Shown piece after piece: positions 38,965 through 49,288 of a stretch of 64,000 nt of DNA (positions are counted from its first letter, which is position 1; every line of letters begins with the position of its first letter). Origin of the DNA: Pristiophorus japonicus (taxonomy: Eukaryota); the NCBI RefSeq assembly GCF_044704955.1, contig NC_091999.1, forward strand, positions 59,210,001 to 59,274,000. The letters run 5' to 3'. The position numbers and the translations under genes are program-made. Below the pieces are notes generated by a model. That model did no database searches. It was not told where the DNA came from and was given only the letters and a program-made list of their open reading frames with translations.

Positions 38965-40500
38965 TCTAAGGAGCACCGTCCCAGTTTCCAGCTGCTCTAC
39001 TGATGCATCTCATGAACATCCCAGATGCGGAGTTCCTAAGATTTGATATGGAAATCCCACTTTACAACAGTGCCAGAATATCATCCCAGGCAAGATAAGA
39101 GCATTATCCACAGGAATTAAACCGACTGTGTAAGACTCGTCTCAGGCACTGAACTTTGGACACTCTGAACTAAATGACAACATCTAAAAAATAAAGCTGT
39201 GATGTGCGAAAGCCCAGGTACAATGGGATCTATCTAGCCTCTGACTGAGAAGGCTGTGCGTTCAAACCCCTCTCCAGAGACTGAGCACATAATCTCGGCT
39301 GGCACGCCCGGTACCAGTACCGAAGGGGAAGGGGGGGCGCTATATTGACAGTGGTGCAGTGTTTCGGATAAGACGTTACATCTGCTGAGTCTCCCCTCAC
39401 AGTTGGATGTAAGAGATTGAATGGCACTATTTTAAATAGCAGGGGAGTTCAACCCGGTGTCCATTACACATATTTATCCATTAACCAGCATCACTAAAGA
39501 ACAGATTCTGTGGTTATTATCACATTACGTTTGCGGGAGCTTGCTGTGCGCAATTTGACTCCACGTTTCCTACATTACAACAGTGACTACACTTCAAACG
39601 TACTTCATTGTAAAGTGCTTTTGGACATTCCGAGGATGTGAAAGTCGTGAAAGTTATTTCTAAATGTCAACATTTAAAATACACGTTGCAATGCTTCATT
39701 CCTCTGGTCGCTGTTCTAACTTCTTTAGTTTAAATGGCTGGAATCTTACGCTAAATGGACATCCAGTGAATCACTGATCTGTTCAGAGAAGTTCCACTGA
39801 CTTTGGTAGCAGAATTTTCAGAAATGAATTTTTAATTTTAATATTTTCCCTTTGATAAAAATCACATCTCTTCTAGTTGAACAAACCAAAAACCGATGTC
39901 ACTGCTGGATATATTTCCATTTCTTTGTACCACCTATCAATATTCATAAAATAAACCCGTGCTGTTAGTTAAAACGAATCAGTAAGTGACTTTGTGGATC
40001 TGCTTTTGCTGCCATGAACACACTTCATGGAAACCAGTGAGATGTTTATGTAAATAAACACAGAAATAGAAATCCCAGATTAGAATATTGAACGACAGAA
40101 ACACAAACAATGTTTCCTCATCAATACAGAATAGAAATAAACAGAGAGAGAAATGTTAATGTCTCAACGGATACCAGCAACAATTGATGTTTCAGATATT
40201 TCTTTCACGTATTGGTGAACAAATCAATGATGATATCCACAGTCAGAATGGGAAAGATGCTAGTCAACGTATTTAGTGACAGCTCAAATTTATTCGTGAC
40301 AATTCCCTGTATTCCCTCCCTCTCTGCCTCTCTCTGCTATCCACACCTTCTGCCTTGCCTCTAAAGAATGCCTCATTATCTTCACCTCACAATAAGAAGT
40401 CAATGTCTACCAAAAATGTTCCCTAAGATCTATTTCCAGGCTTCAAACCAAATTGGTGGGTGTGCGGAGAGGCAGTTTTATAATAAAATATGTCGTGTGA
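38965..40500. repeat. Segmental unit copy 4 (partial block C, SINE 39212-39650, block A), most diverged
   Basis: ttccagctgctct...caagataaga; SINE; ttctaaatgtcaacatt...gctgccatgaacac. Confidence 0.8.
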
Positions 40501-40509
40501 ACTCAAAGA

Positions 40510-41000
40510 TCCTGAGTGTTTGATGGGACTCTGTAAAGGGAACTTTACTCTGCATCTAACCCCGTGCAGTACCTGCCCTGGAAGTGATTGATGGGACGGT
40601 TTCGAGGTAGCTTTGCTCTGCATAGACCAGTGATGTACCTGCCTTGAGAGAGTTTAATGGGACAGTGTAGAGCGGGCTTTACTCTGTAGCTAACCCATGC
40701 TATATCTCCCCTGGGAGTGTTTGCTGGGACAGTGTGGAGGGAGCTTTACTCTGTATAGACCAGTGCTGTACTTGCCCTGGGAGAGTTTGATGGGACGGTG
40801 TAGAGCAAGCTTTACTCTCTATCTAAACCGTGCTGTACCTGCCCTGGGAGTGTTTGATGTGACGGTGTTGAGGGACGTTTACTGTTTCTCGAATCGTGCT
40901 ATACCTGAGCTGGGAGTGTTTGATGGGACAGAATCAAGGGAGCTTTTCTCTGTATAGATTCGCGCTGTACCTGCCCTGGGAATGTTTGATGGCACAGTGT
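40510..41000. repeat. ~67-bp tandem repeat array
   Basis: About 7 units of ctgtacctgccctgggagtgtttgatgggacagtg. Confidence 0.88.
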
Positions 41001-41239
41001 GACATCACTATCCCAGAAAAATGTTATTATCAGTGCAACTTCCTGTATATTGCATTTCGTTTTTACCTGTTTGACATCATCACGTCAGCAACACGTAAAC
41101 AATGGGCGACGTCATTATTCACAACAATGCAGCGTCATCAATGTGACTTGGTCGCCATAGCTAAATCAGTGCGATCTCTGACCCTCAGCCACACGGATTG
41201 GTCGATTTGATCTCTATGGACACATCTATACCCCAGGGT

Positions 41240-42200
41240 CCAGTGCAGTAATAACCGAGACAGGTCCAATTGTAACATAGACAGAGTGAGGATATAGTGA
41301 CAAGGTCCAGTGTAAAATAAACAGACACAGCGTCTAGTGTAATATAAACAGAGACAGTGTCTAGCGTAACTTAAACAGAGACAGGGTCTAGTGTAATATA
41401 AACAGAGACCGTGTCTAGTGTAATATAGAAAATACAGGGTCTCGTGTAATATAAACAGAGACAGGGTCTAGTGTAGTATAAAAAATACAGGGTCTAGTGT
41501 AATATAAACAGAGACAGTCTCTAGTGTAATATAAACAGAGACAGTGTCTAGTGTAATATAAAAAATACAGGGTCTAGTATAATAGAAACAGAGGCAGGTT
41601 CGAGTGCAATATAAATAGAGACAGGGTCTAGTGTAATATAAATAGAGACAAGGTCTAGTGTAATATAAACAGAGAAAGGACCAATCTACCAATCTATTAT
41701 AAAGAGACAGGAGATAGTATAATATAAAGAGTGACAGTGTCTAACATAATATAATAAAGGATATCGTGCTCTAATAATAACTAATACATGATCTATTGTA
41801 TTAGAAACATTGACATTTTCTAGTGCAATATAAACTGAGACAGAGTCTAGTGTAATATAAGGAGAGACAGGGACTAGTTAAATATTGACAGAAACAAGGG
41901 GTACGGTAATATAAACAGAGACAGCGTCTAGTTCAGTAGTAACTGAGACAGGTTCTAATGTATTATAACGGAGGGTCTAGAAATGTGATAACTGATACAG
42001 AGCCTAGCATAATAAAAAGAGACCATGTCTAGTGCAGTGTAACTGAGACAAGATCTACAGTAATAAAATAGAGCCCAAGACGAGTGCAGTAATAGCTGAG
42101 ACAGGGCCTTGGGCAATCTGAATAGAGAGATGGTCGAGTGCAGTTATAATTAACCAGGGTCTAGAGTAATTTAAACATATAGAATGTCTAGAGTAATTTG
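41240..42200 (+). repeat. 27-bp minisatellite, forward orientation
   Basis: agtgtaatataaacagagacagggtct units. Confidence 0.9.
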
Positions 42201-42344
42201 ATAGCAACATTCCAGCCATGCAAATTTTCATGTCTGTCTGACTGTCTATCTGTCTGTCTGTCTGTCTGTCGTTCGGTTGATCGGTCCATCCGTCTTTCCG
42301 TCCGTCGATTCGTACTTCTATCCATCTATCTGTACTTCTATCTA

Positions 42345-43245
42345 ATATTACACTGGACCCTGTCTCTGTTTATATTACACTGGACTCAGTCTCTGTTTAT
42401 ATTACACCAGAGCCTGTCTCTGTATAAATTACCCGAGTCCCTGTCTCTGTTTATATTACACAAGACTCTGTCTCTGTTTATATTGTACTAGACCCAGCCT
42501 CTGTTTATATTACACTAGACCCTGTCCCAGTTTATATTACACTAGACCCTGTCTCTGTTTATATTACACTAGAGCCAGTCTCTGTTTATATTACCCGAGT
42601 CCGTGTCTCTGTTTATATTACACAAGACCCTGTCTCTGTTTATATTGTACTAGACCCAGTCTCTGTTTATATTACAGTAGACCCTGTCCCTGTTTATAGT
42701 ACACTAGACCCTGTCCCAGTTTATATTACACTAGACCCTGTCTCTGTTTATACTACACTAGACCCTGTCCCAGTTTATATTACACTAGACCCTGTCTCTG
42801 TTTATATTGCACGAGACCCTGTATCTGCTTATATTACACTGGACAGTGTCTCTGTTTATATTAAATTATAACCTATCTCTGTTTATATTACACTAGACCC
42901 TGCCTCTGTTTATATTAAACTAGACCCTGCTCTGTTTATATTACAGTAGACCCTGTCTCTGTTTATATTCTTTCAGACACTATCCCTGTTTATATTACAC
43001 TAGACCCTGTCTCTGTTTATATTACACTGGACCCTGTCTCTGTTTATATTACACTAGACCCTGTCTCTCTATATATTCTTCCAGACACTATCCCTGTTTA
43101 TTTTACACTCGACCCTGTCTCTGTTTACATTACAGTAGATTCTGTCTCAGTTTATATTACAGGAAACCCTGTCTCTTTTTATATTACGCCAGGCACTGTC
43201 TCTGTTTATATTATCCTCGACACTCTCTCTCATTTTATTACACCA
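42345..43245 (-). repeat. 27-bp minisatellite, reverse orientation
   Basis: agaccctgtctctgtttatattacact units. Confidence 0.92.
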
Positions 43246-44019
43246 GATCATCTTTCCTTTTCAAATACATATTGATTTCCCTATTTGAAAGTTATGATTG
43301 AATTTGCTGCCATAACCCTTTCAAGCACTACATTCCAGGTTATTACAACTCGCTGCATAAAAAATCTCCTTATCTCCCTTCTTTTATTTATTTTATCAAT
43401 CACCTTAATATTTGTCCTCTGCTTACCGATAGACCTGCCGATGGAAACCCTACTTTAATATCAACTCTATGAAACCCCTTCACAATTTTAATTCCCCCCG
43501 AAGCATTCCCTCCTATAATAAGAATAATCCCATCCTCTCTCGTCTCCACATAACTGAACTCCCTCATGCCTTGTAGCAATCTCCTCTGCATCCTTAGCAA
43601 GAGCCTGACAATCTTCCTAAAATATGGATTGAAATAAATGCAATCATTATTTGCCCTTCAGATTATTTCTAAGGATACATGCTCCCTTCAAATTTGACTG
43701 ACTGAGAAGCATTAATTATATTGTTTTACTTGTTTTGACAATGCAGACGGTGACTGAAATGCTCAGCAACATCCGTCTCCACATGACTCATGTATCAATA
43801 TGATCACTGTCGCCACCTGCTGATAAACGATATCTACTGCAAGCCCCAGAGCTTACTTGAAACATGATTCATAATTCCAACCACAATAACTTGCTTGAAC
43901 GTTTACCCAGAGGATATTTTTTAGAGCAAACCACTAGAGGTGCAGATGATCAGAAAGTATCAAGGGCGGAATATCAAAATTATTGTTGCAAATTCACCTT
44001 CAAGCCATCACACAGAGCC

Positions 44020-44800
44020 GTCAGATTAGATAAACTTCCATAATGAATAAAAACCTCACAGGAAAAATGGTACAACCATGGCTAACAAGGGAAGTTAAAG
44101 ATAGTAGTGCATTAAATGAACAACTTAGAATGTTGACAAAAAGAGCAGTAAGCCCGACAATTGAGAAGATTTTAGAATTCTGCAAAAGATGCACATGCAA
44201 CTGAGAATATGGGAGAAAATATAAAATTAAATAAGCTATCAAAAACCTAAAAACAGATTGTTAGAGCTTCTACACGTGTATAGAAAATCAGTTAAATTAC
44301 CGTACTGTACAATACAAAGTTAGGTGGGACAGTAAACAGTGAGGAAGAAGTAAGGAGGCTGCAAAGGGATATTGACAGGTTAAGTGAGTGGGCAAGAACA
44401 TGACAGCTTGAGTATAATGTGGAGAAGTGTGAAGTTACGCATTTTTGTAGGACAAATAGAAACAAGAATATTTTTTGAATGCTGAGAAACTGGGTAATGT
44501 TGTTGTTCATAAAGACCTGGATGGCCTTGTACACGAATCACAGAAAGCTAAAATAGAGCCAAAGTGAGCAATTAGGAACGCAAATGGTAAGCAACATTTT
44601 ATTGCAAAAGGATTGGAGTATTAGAGCAAAGAAGCCTTCATGCACATATATAGGGCCCTGCTGAGACTACACCTGGTTTATTGTGTACAGTTGTGTTCTC
44701 CTTACCGAAAGAAGGATACACTTGCCTTGGAGGGAGTGCATCTAAGGTTCATCAGACTGACCTAATTCCTGGGTCGGCGGCGGGGGTGGAGGGGGTGCGG
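44020..44800 (+). mobile_element. Old CR1 LINE fragments
   Basis: LQRDIDRLSEWA, YNVEKCEV, YRALLRLHLVYCVQL-type motifs. Confidence 0.8.
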
Positions 44801-45784
44801 GGGTGGGGGGGTGGTGCTGACCTGTGAGGAGAGATTGAGTATGTAATGTCCATATTTACGAGAAAATCAGAACATAAGAACATAAGAATTGGGAGCAGGA
44901 TTAGGCCATACGGTGCCTCGAGCCTGTTCTGTCATTCAACGAGATCATGGCTGATCTTCTGCCTCAACTGCACTTCCCTGCACTATCCACATATCTGAAT
45001 GGAAACAAATGCAGGGCTTCGGGGAAAGGGCGGGGAATTGGGTCAATTATACAAAGTACTTCAAGTGTGGTCTAACCAAGTTTAGCATAAGTTTTGCACT
45101 TTTAGTTTTCTATCCCTCTCGAAATAAACCCGAGTTCAAGTATTCTTCTTTTTATGGAATTATTAACCTGCGTCGCAAGTTTTAGTGATGTGTGTATTTG
45201 CACTCTCAGAGACCTTTGTTCCTCCATCCTACTTAGATTCTTATTTTAAACGTGATAAGTGACCTCTTTATTTTTCTTACCAAAATGTAATACCCCATTA
45301 TTTTCTGTGTTGAAATTAATTAGTCAATTCATGTATTCTTGTAATTCGTTGAAGTGTTCCACAGTATTTACACCCCGACACGCCGGCCCCACGTGCATTC
45401 GGAAATGTAGAAGTTGTGTTTTTGACTCCAAAATCTAAATTGTTAATATAAGTTGTGAACAATAGTGGACCCAGCACTGATCCTTNNNNNNNNNNNNNNN
45501 NNNNNNNNNNNNNNNNNNNNNNNNNNNNNNNNNNNNNNNNNNNNNNNNNNNNNNNNNNNNNNNNNNNNNNNNNNNNNNNNNNNNNNNNNNNNNNNNNNNN
45601 NNNNNNNNNNNNNNNNNNNNNNNNNNNNNNNNNNNNNNNNNNNNNNNNNNNNNNNNNNNNNNNNNNNNNNNNNNNNNNNNNNNNNNNNNNNNNNNNNNNN
45701 NNNNNNNNNNNNNNNNNNNNNNNNNNNNNNNNNNNNNNNNNNNNNNNNNNNNNNNNNNNNNNNNNNNNNNNNNNNNNNNNNNNN

Positions 45785-46592
45785 ATTTATTTATCTATCT
45801 CTTTCTCTCCCTCTCTCTCTATCTATCTATCTATCTAGCTATCTATCTATCTAGCTATATATCAATCTANNNNNNNNNNNNNNNNNNNNNNNNNNNNNNN
45901 NNNNNNNNNNNNNNNNNNNNNNNNNNNNNNNNNNNNNNNNNNNNNNNNNNNNNNNNNNNNNNNNNNNNNNNNNNNNNNNNNNNNNNNNNNNNNNNNNNNN
46001 NNNNNNNNNNNNNNNNNNNNNNNNNNNNNNNNNNNNNNNNNNNNNNNNNNNNNNNNNNNNNNNNNNNNNNNNNNNNNNNNNNNNNNNNNNNNNNNNNNNN
46101 NNNNNNNNNNNNNNNNNNNNNNNNNNNNNNNNNNNNNTTTATGTATCTATCTCTTTCTCTCCCTCTCTCTCTATCTATCTATCTATCTAGCTATCTATCT
46201 ATCTAGCTATATATCAATCTATCNNNNNNNNNNNNNNNNNNNNNNNNNNNNNNNNNNNNNNNNNNNNNNNNNNNNNNNNNNNNNNNNNNNNNNNNNNNNN
46301 NNNNNNNNNNNNNNNNNNNNNNNNNNNNNNNNNNNNNNNNNNNNNNNNNNNNNNNNNNNNNNNNNNNNNNNNNNNNNNNNNNNNNNNNNNNNNNNNNNNN
46401 NNNNNNNNNNNNNNNNNNNNNNNNNNNNNNNNNNNNNNNNNNNNNNNNNNNNNNNNNNNNNNNNNNNNNNNNNNNNNNNNNNNNNNNNNNNNNNNNNNNN
46501 NNNNNNTTCTCTCCCTCTCTCTCTATCTATCTATCTATCTAGCTATCTATCTATCTAGCTATATATCAATCTATCTAGCTAGCTAGCTATGA

Positions 46593-46624
<32 letters not shown>

Positions 46625-46650
46625 GTCTATCTATCTATCTATCTATCTAT
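45785..46650. repeat. (TCTA)n microsatellite broken by assembly gaps
   Basis: tctatctatcta runs between N blocks. Confidence 0.9.
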
Positions 46651-48192
46651 TGCAGGGTTATGTGCGGTACTGATACTCCAGCTGACTGCTGCTATTGACA
46701 TGGTTTCTGAGACATTGGATATATTTCCTTTCCTGGGATATGGGAACATTTACACAACGAAAAAATTAAACTTAACTCCAGTACTGTTACTGGGTAGATG
46801 TGTATATAAATAAGTATTTTGACAATGTGAAGGTTTTGAAGTTGGCTTCCCGGCATGCGGTCAGTAGTGAGAAAACTGTCCTTTGATGGACTGCACAGAA
46901 ACCCACATGCTTCCTGTAAATGACACTGGTGTTCGAGGCTCGCTGACGGTAGTCAGTTAGGTTACTGCCAAATATTGTGTGGGTCAGATTAGCGTGAACA
47001 AGAATGGGAGAAAGATGGTATTTAACTATTTGAACATTAAATTATTCAGTCGAACTTTTAAAATAAGAAGCATTTTACATGGTATAACATCTCAAGAATG
47101 ATTTTCCATAAATTCCATTCTCGCCATATAATAAGATAAGATCGGAAATAATGAATTGATCCACACGGTATCTAAGGAAAACTATTTCCAAATAAAGACC
47201 ATTCTAGACCATTCAGTCACTTTATTCAGTACAGTATGAAGTGCTGGAGAGAGGTTTAATGGCCTCACCCCACACTGTAATGAGATGAGTGGGATTCGCA
47301 AAGTAAATAAAACAGGTTGAATTGCCTTGAATATTCTCACAGAGAAGTGCCAGCTGCATTTCTTTAATATTCTCACAGAATTTTGCGCCTGGTCTAAACT
47401 AATGTCTCTATTATTCCTGATTGGTAGCCGCGCAGTGTGCGGTGTAATTTGCGCTGATTTGGATCCCTGAACACCCCCTCTCATAGCCCGGTTACCATTG
47501 GGTGGTGCAATGCCCAGATTGTGATTTGTTTCTGCTGGAGATGAAGCATTTATTCCTGTGATATTCTGTAACATACCGTTATGTCCTGATACACCGAATT
47601 CCTGTTACCCGTGTCTGTTACACAGTCGGTCGCTATTAAAGTTAGCTGCAAGGATTTGGATGTCGAGGTTTGCTGATCACATTATCGGTTCTGATTCACA
47701 AGCTTCTCTCATAAAACGCAGGTCTGAAGCGGACGGGCCCCATATTATTATGTGTCTCCGTCAACTCACTCCTTTATCATCAGTCAAGCGGACTTATTTT
47801 AAAGCTAATTTTACAAACAGCTGTCTTAGGGTCACAGACTCAGGGGCAGTTAGTGAAATGCAATGAGAGACAATTGCGTAATGTGAGGAGCAAGATCTCA
47901 TCTCCAGACCAAAAGTGTAGCTTTAGCCACGTACACCGTAAATCGAATCACATTACCCATCTCTCGCACTCGGTTAAATAGAGTGATAACAATTCAGATT
48001 ATAGGGGATACTTTATTGGTACAGATGCATGGATAGTTAGCGGGAGATCGAGAAACACAAACTGGCAGTGTCTTTGGACCCTGATAATATAATTCAATCT
48101 CAGAGATTCACAACCCCTGTGAAACAGTGAGTAAATAAAGGGATTTAATTTACAGTCCAGATGTGAGTCCATTCTGTTGGTGATGCGGAAGG

Positions 48193-48275
48193 AGTGATGT
48201 GGATCCAGAAACCGCCCCTATCTGGGCATCAATGGGCGGCGCCAGTGACCTCGCCCCCATCTCCCGGGTATTTAA
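48193..48275 (+). promoter_or_regulatory. IgH V promoter: CRE/decamer-like motifs and TATA-like box
   Basis: AGTGATGTGG 48193-48202, AGTGACCTCG 48244-48253, TATTTAA 48269-48275, ~95 nt before the ATG; no ATGCAAAT octamer seen here. Confidence 0.6.
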
Positions 48276-48367
48276 CTGCCGGTCACTGGGACTGCAATAT
48301 AACAGTCTGGGAGTGTGTTTGCTCAGTGAGTTCTTGCCGGAACCATTCACCACACATTGCCAGGAGG

Positions 48368-48413
48368 ATGAGGTTGGCGATTTCTCTCAGTCTGTTGCTG
48401 GCTTTCTTTTCCC
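48368..48413 (+). CDS. IGHV: IgH V leader exon ([15 protein letters not shown])
   Basis: 46-nt hydrophobic exon, donor C|gtgagt, phase 1; 127-nt intron ending ttttacag at 48540. Confidence 0.95.
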
Positions 48414-48540
48414 GTGAGTAGTTTTTATTGTGCAATCTCTCACTGTTACTGTCTCAGTATTAGTTTCTCTCTGGAATGTTACAGCGTCAGGAATCATTTC
48501 ACCAGGATTGATCCTCTGGGGTTTTTGATTATTTTTACAG

Positions 48541-48858
48541 GTGTCCACTCGGATGTGGTGTTGATTCAGCCCGAGGCAGAGACCAGGATTCCCGGAGGCT
48601 CCCTGAGACTGACCTGTCAATCCAGCGGCTTCGATCTTGGTGGTAGCTACATGTACTGGATCCGCCAGGTTCCCAGACAGGGGCTGGAGTGGCTGGTTAC
48701 CTATTACAGTCCATCGAGCAAGTATTATGCCTCAGGGATTGAGAGCCGATTTACTGCGTCCAAAGACACTTCAAACAACATCTTCACGTTGGACATGAAG
48801 AATCTGAGGAGCGAAGACAACGCCATCTATTTCTGTGCAAGGGACTACAGCAATGGAT
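48541..48858 (+). CDS. IGHV: IgM heavy-chain V exon with fused D-like 3' extension (VD)
   Basis: [52 protein letters not shown] then DYSNG; open frame, canonical C-W-C. Confidence 0.96.
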
Positions 48859-48896
48859 CACGGTGCTATCCAGACCGAGCTCTCCATACAAAAACC
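48859..48896 (+). other. Recombination signal sequence, 22-nt spacer
   Basis: CACGGTG + 22 nt + perfect ACAAAAACC. Confidence 0.95.
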
Positions 48897-49212
48897 CCAG
48901 ACAGGGAGTTTGCTCAAAACTGTGATCGCTACCACACCAGGAGCGTCGAAGGAACTGAAGCTTAAATAAAAATAATGAGTGGAAGTAAGATATATATATA
49001 TATTTAAATGTATTACATTTGTCTGCTTTATTAATGGTGATTGCCATGCTGAATCTGCACAGAGGCTTCAGAAGTATTCCAATCATTGTTATAAATATAA
49101 TGAACGGTACAAACTGAAATATCTCACTGATTCACTCTTAGGGGTGTCGGAATCATGTTTTTAGAGCTGGGTGCAATTTAATCTCTGTATTTTATAGTTT
49201 ACAGTCCACCGG

Positions 49213-49240
49213 AGTATTTGACATGACATATCTCACTGTG
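49213..49240 (-). other. Recombination signal sequence, 12-nt spacer
   Basis: AGTATTTGA (6/9 to GGTTTTTGT) + 12 nt + perfect CACTGTG; no nonamer at 22 or 23 nt. Confidence 0.85.
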
Positions 49241-49288
49241 ACGCTACGGGCTACTGGGGACAAGGGACCATGGTGACGGTGACTGCAG
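49241..49288 (+). CDS. IGHJ: IgH J segment with D-like 5' prefix (DJ): ATGYWGQGTMVTVTA
   Basis: WGQG motif, donor G|gtaagg, phase 1. Confidence 0.95.

Noticed and set aside
45785-46575. Three near-identical ~85-nt segments separated by N runs
   Set aside because: Most likely a gap-filling artefact of one (TCTA)n locus, not a real array
48900-49210. Cryptic heptamers (aactgtg 48918, cacagag 49058) as a hidden D segment
   Set aside because: No nonamer at 12 or 22/23 nt spacing
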